NCBI GenBank assembly: GCA_046260625.1
Contig: JBHEOV010000001.1
Location: forward strand, 3,005-67,004
Length of the DNA: 64,000 nt
Origin: Halanaerobium sp.
GTDB lineage: Bacteria > Bacillota > Halanaerobiia > Halanaerobiales > Halanaerobiaceae
Direction of reading: 5' to 3'
Positions 48,145-58,700 of this stretch are shown piece after piece. Position numbers and translations under genes: made by a program. The notes beneath the pieces are model-generated. The model was not told the origin of the DNA. It ran no database searches and saw only the letters and a list, made by a program, of their open reading frames with translations. How positions within the stretch are numbered: position 1 is the stretch's first letter; each line of letters begins with the position of its first letter.

Positions 48145-48474
48145 ATGCCTTTTTTTACAAATGAAAAAGCATCAGAAGTATTAGAAGAAAATTCAAAAAT
48201 TTTAGAGGCCGAAGCTTCTCTCCTAAAGGCACTTGCTCATCCTATTCGCTTAGCAATTGTTAAAGGGTTGATGAATGAAGAAGGGTGCAATGTCTCTGAG
48301 ATGCAGAACTGCTTAAAAATACCGCAGTCTACACTTTCTCAGCATTTAGCTAAGTTAAGAGAGGCAGATATTTTAAGTAGTGAGCGTAATGGTCTGGAAA
48401 GAAATTATTATGTTGTTGCTGAGCAGGCAAAAAAGATTATCAAAGTTCTTAGTGATTTAAAATTAAATACATAA
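48145..48474 (+). CDS. ArsR/SmtB family transcriptional repressor
   Basis: LKALAHPIRLAI, GCNV, PQSTLSQHLAKLR, ERNG. Confidence 0.92.
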   Translation: MPFFTNEKASEVLEENSKILEAEASLLKALAHPIRLAIVKGLMNEEGCNVSEMQNCLKIPQSTLSQHLAKLREADILSSERNGLERNYYVVAEQAKKIIKVLSDLKLNT

Positions 48475-48485
48475 AATGTACTTAA

Positions 48486-48512
48486 AAAGGAGCCCCAATT
48501 TGGGGCTCCTTT
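48486..48512. terminator. Bidirectional terminator between arsR and the MATE gene
   Basis: AAAGGAGCCCCA/TGGGGCTCCTTT with A/T flanks. Confidence 0.88.
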
Positions 48513-48516
48513 GATT

Positions 48517-49893
48517 TTAGCCTTCGGATCTTTTTGATTCTGCCATTTTTTCAAATATTCTTTTAAACTTAAGCCGCAGCCAGATAGAAGCAGGTAAAAT
48601 ACTGGCTGCTTCTGAGATTGGGAAAGCAAACCAGAGGTATTCCAGACCAAAGTATTTTCCCAGTAAATACATAACCGGCAGCAGTACTACAATCTGCCTT
48701 AAAAACGAGAAAATAAGACTGGGAAAACCATTACCAAGTGCCTGAAAAGTAGTTGAAATAATTATTGCTGGCCCGATAACAGGAAAGGCAATACTTATTT
48801 TTTTAAGAGCGTCTGTTCCAATTTTTAGCAGTTCTGGATCACTGTTAAACATTTTAATTAATAATTCTGGTACAGTCTGAAAAATAATAAAACCTGTAGT
48901 TGTAAAAATAATAGCAACTAAAAGTGCTGATTTAAAGGTTTTTTTCATCCGGTCAGGATTATTATGGCCGTAATTATAACCCATGATCGGCATATATCCC
49001 TGATTGAGACCAAAAACAGGCATAAAAATAAAAGACTGCAGCCTAAAATAAATACCAGCAGCCGCAATTGCAGTACTGCCAAAACCGGCAAGAATTATAT
49101 TCATCCCGCCCAGCATAAAACTTGCCAGAAACTGCATTACCATTGCTGGAAAACCTACCACATAAATATCTCTAATTATTTGGAAGTTAAAAGAAAAGTC
49201 TTTTAAAGAAATCTGCAGTTCATTTTTTTTGCTGAAAAGCAGAATATAAACTAAAAAGCCGCCACTAATAATTCTGGCTGCAACTGTTGCCACTGCAGCT
49301 CCAGCGATTCCCATTTCAGGAAAAATCCAGAGACCAAATATTAAAAAAGGATCGAGAATGATATTTAAAATTGATCCAATCAGCATGGCCACCATTGGGG
49401 TAAAGGTATTACCTTCTCCCCGCAGTATATTATTGCTGATCATTGGGAAAAACATGGCAATTGAACCAATCAGAATAATTCTGATATATTCACTTCCCAT
49501 TTTTATTAAATTTGTTTCACTGGTAAATAACTTAAGTATCTGATCAGAAAAGAAAAATCCGAAAATAGCAACTATAACTCCATAAAAGATGGAGAGTATG
49601 ATACTGTGTTCGGCAGCATTAACTGCAGCCGGATTATTATTTTCTCCGAGTCGTCTGGAAATCAGAGAGCTGGCTCCAACTCCTGTTCCGACTCCGATTC
49701 CAATCAAAATAATCTGGATCGGAAAAGCCAGAGATAAAGCTGAAAGAGCATCAGTGCTGATTCTCCCAACATAGATGCTGTCAACCACATTATATAAAGC
49801 CTGAATCGCCATCGCAATAATTGATGGTACAGAGAGCCTCATTAAAAGTGGAATTATTGCTTCTGTACCCAATCGTTCAGAACTGTTTTTCAT
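48517..49893 (-). CDS. MATE family efflux transporter
   Basis: QALYNVVDSIYVG, LRGEGNT, NIILDP; about 12 TM. Confidence 0.93.
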   Translation of the reverse strand: MKNSSERLGTEAIIPLLMRLSVPSIIAMAIQALYNVVDSIYVGRISTDALSALSLAFPIQIILIGIGVGTGVGASSLISRRLGENNNPAAVNAAEHSIILSIFYGVIVAIFGFFFSDQILKLFTSETNLIKMGSEYIRIILIGSIAMFFPMISNNILRGEGNTFTPMVAMLIGSILNIILDPFLIFGLWIFPEMGIAGAAVATVAARIISGGFLVYILLFSKKNELQISLKDFSFNFQIIRDIYVVGFPAMVMQFLASFMLGGMNIILAGFGSTAIAAAGIYFRLQSFIFMPVFGLNQGYMPIMGYNYGHNNPDRMKKTFKSALLVAIIFTTTGFIIFQTVPELLIKMFNSDPELLKIGTDALKKISIAFPVIGPAIIISTTFQALGNGFPSLIFSFLRQIVVLLPVMYLLGKYFGLEYLWFAFPISEAASILPASIWLRLKFKRIFEKMAESKRSEG

Positions 49894-49943
49894 TTATTAA
49901 GATCCCCCAGTTTCATTTAGAGTTAATTTTGTAAATCAAAAAA

Positions 49944-50873
49944 TTATTTAAAATAAGTTGTTAAATAAGAAATTAACGGTATGCTGAGGGCAGCCATCAG
50001 CGTAGATAGAAAAAGACTCTCAGCTGCAAAAACATAATTACCCTCATATCTTTCAGCAAAGATAACTCCATTGGCAGCTGCCGGCATTGCTATCTGTAAA
50101 ACTAGAATAGTTCTAATCGGATCACTGATATTAAAATTGTTTAAGACTATTAAGGCAGCAGCAGGAATTATTAGGAGTTTCAAAGTAGAATAGGTAATAA
50201 TATTTAAGTCCTTAAAAATTCCAGAAATCTTAATTTGAGCCAGGCCACTACCGATAACCAGCATTGATAGAGGGAAAGTTGCTTCTGCCAGCATATTTAG
50301 AGCAGTCATAATTGAAGTTGGGAGTTTGATACCTGTTAACATTAAGAATAGACCAATAATTATTGCAATTACTCCATTATTAAAGATGTTTCGCAAGTTG
50401 ACTTTTTTATTCATATTATTTTGTAAAAAGAGGTTGATTCCATAAGTCCATAGAAAAATATGAAAAACAACAACTCCAATCGAACCAAAGAAAATACCGT
50501 TTTCAGGAAAGAGAACATCGATAACCGGCAGTCCCATATAACCAACATTACCAAAAATAAGGAAAAATTGAAGTATAATTTTTTTATCTTTTGAAATTGG
50601 AAATAACTTAGAAACTAATGCAGCCAGGATTATCAGAATCAGATAAAAGGCAATCCAGTATAAAAATAAATCTGTAAAATCCCCCAGAATTTTAGCAGTT
50701 ATATTAATCTGTAAAGAAGAAATTAGCATAGCAGGGAGGATTAAATCTAAAAGAATCTTTGAAATAGCACCGGTTTCTTTTTTATCTAAATGTTTGCTGC
50801 GCCTGAGAAAATAACCGACAGCAATTAGTAGAAATAATGATATGATTTGAGTTATTACAATTTGAAAATTCAA
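49944..50873 (-). CDS. AEC (auxin efflux carrier/malate permease-like) transporter
   Basis: ILPAML, GNVGYMGLP, PLSMLVIG, AMPAA. Confidence 0.9.
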   Translation of the reverse strand: MNFQIVITQIISLFLLIAVGYFLRRSKHLDKKETGAISKILLDLILPAMLISSLQINITAKILGDFTDLFLYWIAFYLILIILAALVSKLFPISKDKKIILQFFLIFGNVGYMGLPVIDVLFPENGIFFGSIGVVVFHIFLWTYGINLFLQNNMNKKVNLRNIFNNGVIAIIIGLFLMLTGIKLPTSIMTALNMLAEATFPLSMLVIGSGLAQIKISGIFKDLNIITYSTLKLLIIPAAALIVLNNFNISDPIRTILVLQIAMPAAANGVIFAERYEGNYVFAAESLFLSTLMAALSIPLISYLTTYFK

Positions 50874-50965
50874 AGAACTGCCTCCTTAGCTAGCAGATTT
50901 GATTCAGAAAATCATTTTAAAGCAGAGTAAAATATATTTATAAATTATAAGTATTCTATCAAATA

Positions 50966-51030
50966 ATTCTACCACAGAAGCTCCAGCCTGTAAAGCTGGC
51001 TTGATAAGCGGCAGTTTTTTGTGATAGACT
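50966..51030. promoter_or_regulatory. Back-to-back sigma-A promoters for AEC-MATE (-) and rlmD (+)
   Basis: Minus: TTTACA-N17-TAGAAT with TG (50994-50966); plus: TTGATA-N18-TAGACT with TG (51001-51030). Confidence 0.55.
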
Positions 51031-51086
51031 TGATATGTATGAGATTGCAATTTAAGAATTATAATAATTATAGAGGAGTGCCAATT

Positions 51087-52442
51087 TTGAAAAAAGGTGA
51101 GATTAAAACTTTTAAAATAGAGGATTTAGCCCATGGTGGGGATGGAGTGGCCAGAGCCGAAAACGGAATGGCTGTTTTTATTTCTCTGACCTTACCTGGG
51201 GATCTGGTAAAAGCAAAAATCACTAAAATTAAAAAAGATTATGCCTTTGCTGAGTTGATAGAAGTCATAGAAGCAGGAGATGGCAGAATAAAAGCCCCCT
51301 GTCCGGTATATAATGAATGTGGTGGCTGTCAGCTGCAGCATATAAATTATCAAAAGGAACTGCAATTTAAACAGAATAATATTAAACAGCTGCTCAATCG
51401 GATAGCAGATATTGAAGATTTTAAATTAAAAGATGTACTGGCTGCAGATGATGATTTTCGCTACCGCAATAAAGCTCAATTCCCGCTGAAATTAGATGAG
51501 GATGCTCAGATAACTGCCGGCTTTTATAAAAGGGGAAGCCATGATATTGTTCCCAACCATAACTGTCTGATTCAGCATCCTTTAATCAACAGGATTTTAA
51601 GAATCACTCTGGAAGAATTAAATAAATTTCAGCTGAGCGTCTATAATGAAAAGACTCTGCAGGGATTACTGCGGCACCTGGTGATTAGAGTTGGCAGCTG
51701 TACCAATCAGGCTCTACTGGTAATGGTCACAAATGGTGATGATTTTATTGATAAAAATTTAATTGCCCGAACTCTGATGCGTAAAATTCCAGAGCTAAAG
51801 GGTGTGGTACAAAATATTAATTCTGAAAATACAAATGTTATTTTTGGTAAAAAAGATATACTTTTAGCAGGAGAAAATAAAATTACCGAATATATTGGAA
51901 AAACCGCTTATTTAATTTCTGCCAGATCATTTTTTCAGGTGAATACTATGCAGGCTCAAAAATTATATGATACTGCAGCAGATTATCTGGGGAATGACAG
52001 CAGCGCCAGAATAATCGATGCTTTTTCTGGCACAGGCAGTATTGCGCTTTATCTGGCAGATCAGGCAGAAAAAATATATGCAGTTGAATCTTTAAAATCT
52101 GCAGTTAAAGATGCTAAAGCCAATGCTGAGTCAAATAATATAAAAAATGTTGATTTTGAGCTGGGGCTGGTGGAAGATAAGCTGCCGGAAATATTAGAAA
52201 AAGATCTGATTGATGCAATTATTTTTGATCCGCCGCGGAAGGGACTTGATGAAAAAACTGTCCAACTGCTGCTTGCAAAAGAGATTGAAAAAATAATCTA
52301 TATTTCCTGTAATCCAGCTACACAGGCCAGAGATTTAAAAAGTTTAAAAGAAAAATACAGGCTGCTTGAAATTCAACCGGTTGATCTTTTTCCGCAGACC
52401 TATCATATAGAGTCTGTAGCTTTATTAGAGTTAAAAAATTAA
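51087..52442 (+). CDS. rlmD: 23S rRNA (uracil-1939-C5)-methyltransferase
   Basis: TRAM domain, CPVYNECGGC, FFQVN, DPPRKG, YISCNPAT, FPQTYHIE; RBS GAGGAG favours TTG 51087. Confidence 0.93.
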   Translation: MKKGEIKTFKIEDLAHGGDGVARAENGMAVFISLTLPGDLVKAKITKIKKDYAFAELIEVIEAGDGRIKAPCPVYNECGGCQLQHINYQKELQFKQNNIKQLLNRIADIEDFKLKDVLAADDDFRYRNKAQFPLKLDEDAQITAGFYKRGSHDIVPNHNCLIQHPLINRILRITLEELNKFQLSVYNEKTLQGLLRHLVIRVGSCTNQALLVMVTNGDDFIDKNLIARTLMRKIPELKGVVQNINSENTNVIFGKKDILLAGENKITEYIGKTAYLISARSFFQVNTMQAQKLYDTAADYLGNDSSARIIDAFSGTGSIALYLADQAEKIYAVESLKSAVKDAKANAESNNIKNVDFELGLVEDKLPEILEKDLIDAIIFDPPRKGLDEKTVQLLLAKEIEKIIYISCNPATQARDLKSLKEKYRLLEIQPVDLFPQTYHIESVALLELKN

Positions 52443-52602
52443 AATTAGAACATTATAACTGCTCGAATTAACTCTAAGCTCTATTTTTTAAGTTCAGATT
52501 GTAAATTAATAACTTGCTAAATGACTTTGATTTATGATATATTATTATAAAGTTGGATTTTAGTTTAAAGGAATAAAAAACTCCATAACTGGAGGTTAAA
52601 TT

Positions 52603-52875
52603 ATGAACCTATTTTTACTGATTATATTTGTGCTTGTTGGAGCTGCCGGGCTTATTTATAATGTTGATTCTGGAGTCTTTATTGGTCTGGGTTTAATTCC
52701 CTGGCAGATATTAAAGATAAAACTAAAAAGAAAATATGTTTTAACTTCAATAATTATTAGTTCAACTGCCGGTCTTGGCTATTTTATTTATCATTCAAAG
52801 TGGTTAATTGCGGCCTTATTTGTCTTTATTCAGCTTTATAATTACTGGGGTTATTTAAATATAGTTAACGAATAA
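52603..52875 (+). CDS. Small hypothetical membrane protein
   Basis: 90 aa, mostly hydrophobic, RBS GGAGG. Confidence 0.75.
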   Translation: MNLFLLIIFVLVGAAGLIYNVDSGVFIGLGLIPWQILKIKLKRKYVLTSIIISSTAGLGYFIYHSKWLIAALFVFIQLYNYWGYLNIVNE

Positions 52876-52913
52876 AATTAAATCTTAAAAGAGGATATGA
52901 AGGAGGAATAAAA

Positions 52914-53132
52914 ATGCCGACATATTTATATGAGTGTGAAAATTGTGGAAGATTTGAAGAATTTCAAAATATTAGTGATGATGCTTTAGAAGAATGTCCG
53001 GAATGTAGTGGTGAGGTTAAAAGGATTATTGGTTCACCTGGAGTAATTTTTAAGGGATCTAATTTTTATGTAAATCAAGCTAAAAAAGACTCAGCTAAGG
53101 GTAAAGATAAGAAGAGTGAAAAAGTTTCTTAA
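52914..53132 (+). CDS. FmdB family zinc-ribbon protein
   Basis: MPTYLYECENCG...CPECSG...FKGSNFY. Confidence 0.92.
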   Translation: MPTYLYECENCGRFEEFQNISDDALEECPECSGEVKRIIGSPGVIFKGSNFYVNQAKKDSAKGKDKKSEKVS

Positions 53133-53191
53133 AAATATTTATCCCTACTGCTTAAAGAGCAGGATCTAAATGAGCTAGAAATTATGCAAAT

Positions 53192-53224
53192 AAGCCGGCC
53201 TTAGTGCCGGTTTTAATTTTTTTC
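53192..53224 (+). terminator. Probable terminator after the fmdB-like gene
   Basis: AAGCCGGC/GCCGGTTT followed by T-rich tail. Confidence 0.65.
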
Positions 53225-53252
53225 TGCTCTGCAAAAGAAAGAAGGTAAACAA

Positions 53253-54395
53253 ATGACTGTTGTAGCTGTAAAAGAATGTTATAGTTATCAGGCAGATGAA
53301 TTATCAGAGAAGCTGGATTCTTTACTGGCAGAAATTGGTGGGCTGGAGAATTTCATCAGTGCAGGTGATAGGGTGCTTTTGAAAACGAATCTCTTAATGG
53401 GTAAAGCACCTGAGGCAGCTGTTACTACCAACCCTGAATTTATAAGAGCTCTGGCTAAAAAAATAAAAGCTTTAGGAGCAGAGGTGATAATCGCTGATAG
53501 TCCTGGCGGTCCCTTTAATGAAAAGCTGCTAAAAAGAGCCTATCAAAAATCTGGTCTTTATCAGCTGGCTGCTGAAGAAGACTTAGAATTGAATTACAAT
53601 ACTGAATCAAAAAAACATGAGTATAGAGCTGGGAAGATCAATAAGTCATTTCAGCTTGCTGATTATTTAGAAGCTGCTGATTTAGTGATTAATCTACCAA
53701 AACTAAAAACTCACGGTTTAACAATGTATACAGGAGCTGTTAAAAATCTTTTTGGCTGTATCCCTGGGGTTTTAAAAGCGGAATATCATCTCAGGATGCA
53801 GTCGGTCTATGATTTTTCAAGGATGTTAAATGATTTAGCAGGACTGGTCGCTCCAGAATTAACAATTATGGATGCAGTTGTGGGGATGGAAGGAGAAGGA
53901 CCTTCTAACGGTCGGCCTAAAGAATTCAATTATCTACTGGCTTCTACTTCTCCTTATTATTTAGATTTAGCAGCTGTCAGATTGATGGGGATTAAGCCGG
54001 AGGAGAAAGTTCCTTCGATTAAAGCTGCACTAACAGATGGGATGCTCAAAAAGGAAAATTTAGAGATTAGAGGAGATCAGATAAAGCCTTTAAATAATGT
54101 TGAGATACCTAATATTGAAAAAGAAAATAATCTACTTGATGCTAAACTGCCGGATTTTTTATCAGATATTTTAGAAAAATTTCTGCGGCCAAAACCGGTA
54201 TTTAAAAAAGATAAATGTGTAGGCTGCAGGACCTGTGCCGAAAACTGTCCCCCGGAAGCAATTACAATGGTTGATAATTTTCCAGAAGTGGAGTTAGAAA
54301 CCTGTATTCGCTGTTTCTGCTGTCAGGAATTATGTCCCTATGATGCAGTAGAAATTAAATATCCACTACTGGCTAAGTTGTTTTTTTCAAATTAA
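53253..54395 (+). CDS. DUF362 domain protein with C-terminal 2x[4Fe-4S] ferredoxin
   Basis: VLLKTNL, NLPKLKTH, GAVKNLFG, GMEGEGP, CVGCRTCAENCP, CIRCFCCQELCP. Confidence 0.9.
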   Translation: MTVVAVKECYSYQADELSEKLDSLLAEIGGLENFISAGDRVLLKTNLLMGKAPEAAVTTNPEFIRALAKKIKALGAEVIIADSPGGPFNEKLLKRAYQKSGLYQLAAEEDLELNYNTESKKHEYRAGKINKSFQLADYLEAADLVINLPKLKTHGLTMYTGAVKNLFGCIPGVLKAEYHLRMQSVYDFSRMLNDLAGLVAPELTIMDAVVGMEGEGPSNGRPKEFNYLLASTSPYYLDLAAVRLMGIKPEEKVPSIKAALTDGMLKKENLEIRGDQIKPLNNVEIPNIEKENNLLDAKLPDFLSDILEKFLRPKPVFKKDKCVGCRTCAENCPPEAITMVDNFPEVELETCIRCFCCQELCPYDAVEIKYPLLAKLFFSN

Positions 54396-54412
54396 TGGAG
54401 GTTTAAGAGATA

Positions 54413-54907
54413 ATGAAGATTGGAGTTATTTCAGATACACATCTGCCGAATGCAGATCAAGATTTTCCGGCAGAATTAATAATAGAATTAAAAAAAGTTG
54501 ATCTAATAATCCATGCTGGTGATCACTGTGAAGAAAGATTTTTAAATAAATTAAAGTCGCTTGCGGAAGTGAGAACAATTGCCGGCAACAGAGATAGTTA
54601 TCCTTTACAAAAAAAATTAAAGGATAAAATAACTTTTGAGGCTGCCGGGAAGAAGATTTCTGTTATTCACGGCCATCAGTTTAGAGGCAAAAATATTCTA
54701 CAGGGCTTAAATTACAGTTTTAATGACAGTGACATAATAGTTTTTGGCCACACACACCGCCCCTTTAATGAACGCTTAAGTGATAAATTGTTTTTTAATC
54801 CAGGCTCACCTACAGATAAACGTCTGGAAAAAAACTTTACATTTGGTATAATAGAAATTGAAGATGAAATAAAAGCTGAAATTAAAATTTTGAAGGAGGA
54901 ATCTTAA
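54413..54907 (+). CDS. Metallophosphoesterase (YfcE/MJ0936 family)
   Basis: SDTH, HAGD, GNRD, HG, GHTH, NPGS. Confidence 0.92.
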   Translation: MKIGVISDTHLPNADQDFPAELIIELKKVDLIIHAGDHCEERFLNKLKSLAEVRTIAGNRDSYPLQKKLKDKITFEAAGKKISVIHGHQFRGKNILQGLNYSFNDSDIIVFGHTHRPFNERLSDKLFFNPGSPTDKRLEKNFTFGIIEIEDEIKAEIKILKEES

Positions 54908-55335
54908 TGTCAGTACATGATACAGCAAGAAGATTAAAGAGGAAACTGGAGAATTCTGATGAGTATCAAAATTATCTGGAATTACGTAAAAAGGTGATGC
55001 AAAAAGATGGTTCAAAAAAGATGCTCCTTGATTATCAGAATCTGATGATGGAAATGCAGACTAAAAGAATGTCAGGAGAAGAATTGAGTGAAGAAGATAA
55101 AGAGAGACTGCAGAATCTGCAGAACTTTATTGAAATCAACAATACTGTAAAAAAATATTTAGAGGCAGAATATGCTGTCAGTCAAATGATCAATGACATT
55201 CAAAAAACTATATTTTCGGATATTGAAGTTGGAATTCCAGAATCAGAATTAAAACCAGAAAAATCTGAGTCAGAAGCAGAGACTGAAGCTGCCGCAGAGT
55301 CTGAAAGAGAAGCCTTTAAAGACAGCGAAAAATAA
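54907..55335 (+). CDS. YlbF/YmcA family regulator
   Basis: Helical, SDEY..Y, YLEAE...MINDI pattern; acidic tail. Confidence 0.8.
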   Translation: MSVHDTARRLKRKLENSDEYQNYLELRKKVMQKDGSKKMLLDYQNLMMEMQTKRMSGEELSEEDKERLQNLQNFIEINNTVKKYLEAEYAVSQMINDIQKTIFSDIEVGIPESELKPEKSESEAETEAAAESEREAFKDSEK

Positions 55336-55340
55336 ATAAA

Positions 55341-55368
55341 AAAAGCATCCCCTTTTGAGGATGCTTTT
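55341..55368. terminator. Bidirectional terminator between the ylbF-like and nfu genes
   Basis: AAAAGCATCC/GGATGCTTTT. Confidence 0.85.
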
Positions 55369-55415
55369 AAAATCTTTTTTATTTGGATGATGGAAAGTAT
55401 AATTTGTTAAAGAAA

Positions 55416-55637
55416 TTATACAGGTACTACTTCTTTAACACCGTCAACATTTTCTTTTAAAGTTCTTTCGATACCATTTTTTATGGTTAGGGTTGACATT
55501 GGGCAACCACTGCAGGCTCCTAAAAGTTTAACTTTAACAACTCCATCTTCAGTAACTTCTACTAATTCGACATCTCCACCGTCAGCCTGAAGACTTGGTC
55601 TAATTTTATCAATATATTTTTGTACTTCTTCTTTCAT
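55416..55637 (-). CDS. NifU/Nfu-type Fe-S carrier
   Basis: [23 protein letters not shown]; own promoter TTGTAA-N17-TATAAT at 55697-55669. Confidence 0.93.
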   Translation of the reverse strand: MKEEVQKYIDKIRPSLQADGGDVELVEVTEDGVVKVKLLGACSGCPMSTLTIKNGIERTLKENVDGVKEVVPV

Positions 55638-55722
55638 TCTTGCACCTCCTAAATTAACATTTGATTATATTATACAAAAAAACTCAAGATTTTACAAGTT
55701 TAAATTTAAAGGAATGATTTAA

Positions 55723-58700
55723 ATGGCTGATTTTGTCCACCTCCACAACCACTCAGCTTTTAGTTTACTGGATGGAGCAATCAGAGTGGATTCGTTAATT
55801 GAAAAGACAAAAGAATATGAGATGCCGGCAGCTGCCATCACCGATCACGGAGTGCTTTATGGAATGATTGATTTTTATAGGAAGGCCAAAAAAGAAGCTA
55901 TTAAGCCGATAATTGGAGCAGAACTTTATCTGGCGCCCGGCAGCCGCTTTGAAAAGAGCCGTAAATGCTATCATTTAGTTTTGCTGGCTCAGAACAAGCA
56001 GGGTTACCACAACTTGATTCAGCTGGTTTCTAAGGCCTGGCTGGAGGGTTTTTATTATAAGCCTCGGGTTGATAAGGAGCTGCTGGCAGAATACAGTCAG
56101 GGATTAATCTGTCTTTCGGCCTGTCTGCAGGGAGAAATCCCTCAGCTTTTAATCAATGGTAATTATGATCTGGCCCAAAAAGCAGCCTCTGATTATCGGG
56201 CTATTTTTGGTAAAGAAAATTTCTTTTTGGAGCTGCAGGACCACAATCTGCAGCAGGAAAAAGAAGCAGCACAGGGATTACTTAAATTAAGTCGGCAAGA
56301 AAATATTCCGATGGTTGTTACAAATGACAGCCACTATTTAAATAAAGAAGATGCTGAGCTGCAGGATATTTTACTTGCCTTACAGACTGGAACTACTGTT
56401 GATGATCAAAATCGAATGACTTTTACAGGAGAGGAATTTTATTATAAATCACCAGCTGAGATGAAAAAACTTTTTCCCGACCTTGAGTCTGCTTATCAAA
56501 ATACGCTTAAGATTGCAGATCGAGTTGATCTTGATTTAGATTTTAATCATTTTTACCTGCCTGAATATCCAGATTTAGGAGCAGAAAAATCACCGGAAGA
56601 GCTTCTGCGAAAATTATGTTGGCAGGGTTTAAAGGCAAAAGAAATGGATTCAGATCAAAAGGCTGTGGAGAGGCTTAAATATGAGCTTGAAATTATTTTT
56701 GAGATGGGTTATGCAGCTTATTTTTTAATTGTCTATGATTTTGTAAAATATGCAGAAGATAACGGCATTATGGTGGGGCCGGGTCGTGGCTCAGCTGCCG
56801 GGAGTCTGGTGGCTTATCTATTAAAAATCACCAAGGTTAATCCGTTAAAATACGGTCTGATTTTTGAGCGCTTTTTAAACCCGGAGCGGGTAACAATGCC
56901 TGATATTGATATTGATTTTGATGAAAATCGGGACCAGATTATTGAATATGTTAAAAAAAGATATGGGACAGAGCGGGTGGCTCAGATCGGGACCTTTGGG
57001 ACTATGGCAGCCCGGGCGGCAGTTAGAGATGTCGGCAGAGTGCTGGCTATTCCCTACGGTAAAGTTGACAAGGTAGCAAAATTAATTTCTTCCCGCAAGG
57101 GGATAGATGAGTCTATAAAAGATCAAAATAAACTGCAGGAGCTCTACCGGAATGATGGAGAAATCAAAGAACTGCTCGACTATGCCAGAGGAGTCGAAGG
57201 GCTACCCCGGCATATTTCAACTCATGCAGCGGGAGTGATCATCGGGGCAGAACCGCTGGCCCAGATTGTTCCCCTCCAAAAACAGGACGAGAGTGTAATT
57301 ACTCAGCTGCCGATGGGAGATTTAGAGGCACTGGGACTTTTAAAGATGGATTTTTTAGGTTTAAGAAATTTAACTGTGATTAAAAATACATTAAAACTTG
57401 TAGAAGAACATCGAGGCATAAAAATAGATATTGATAATATTCCACTTGACGATCAGGAAGTATATCAATTTCTAGGTACAGGTAAAACAGCCGGTGTTTT
57501 TCAGATGGAATCATATTTATTTCAGTCTTTAAATAAAAAAATGAAGCCGGAGCGATTTAATGATTTAATTGCGATGCTGGCTCTGGGTCGGCCGGGTCCT
57601 CTGGGCAGCAATATTGTTGATGACTTTATTGAGATCAGACACGGCAAAAAAGAAGCAGAATATTTACATCCTAAATTAAAACCTATTTTGGAAGAAACTT
57701 TTGGGATGATCTTATATCAGGAACAGGTAATGGAAATTGCCAGCAGCCTGGCCGGGTACAGCATGGGAGAAGCTGATCTTCTGCGCCGGGGAATGGGTAA
57801 AAAGAAATTAGAACTGGTGGCTTCGGAAAGAGAAAAGTTTGTTAAAGGAGCTCTAGAGCGGGGCTTAGAAGAGGATACTGCTCAGGAAATCTTTGATCAG
57901 ATGGAGTATTTTGCCGGCTATGGTTTTAATAAGTCACATTCAACTGCTTATGCTTTTTTAGCCTATCAGACAGCTTATCTAAAATATCATTATCCAGCTG
58001 AATTTATGGCCGCCTTATTTTCTTCAGTCATGGGAAATCAGGATAAAATTGCAGACTATATTAAGGCTTCTCGCGAAATCAAGCTGGAGATTCTGCCACC
58101 TGATATTAATCAGAGTTATCATGATTTTACTGCTGCCAATGAAGGTCAGATTCGCTATGGTCTAAAGGCGATTAAAAATGTTGGCTCTGCTTCAATTAAA
58201 GCTTTAGTAAAAGCAAGACAGGAAAAGAAATTTACTTCGCTGATTGATTTTTTAAAGCGAGTTGATATTTCTGCAATCAATGTTCAGAGTCTGGAGGCCT
58301 TTATTAAAGCCGGGGCTTTTGATCAGATTGCAGTCAGCAGGGCCTCACTGCTTTTAAATTATGAGGAATTATATAATAAGTATAATAATTTATCAAAAAA
58401 TAGAGCCCAGGGTCAGCAGTCTTTTGCCGAGTTATTTGAGGATCAAAATGACTTTATGGAAGAAGATTTAAATTATACTGAGGTTGAAGAATTAAAAACC
58501 GAAACTATTTTAGAACAGGAAAAAGAATTTCTGGGTATTTATCTTTCTGCTCATCCCCTAGATCAGTATCAGGATAAACTGGAGCAGCTGAATACTTATT
58601 CTATAAAAAGAATTATAGAAGTTCCGGCAGGTCAGAAAGTATTAACAGCAGTTTATCTGACAAATTATAAAGAGCATATAACAAAACGCAACAATAAAAT

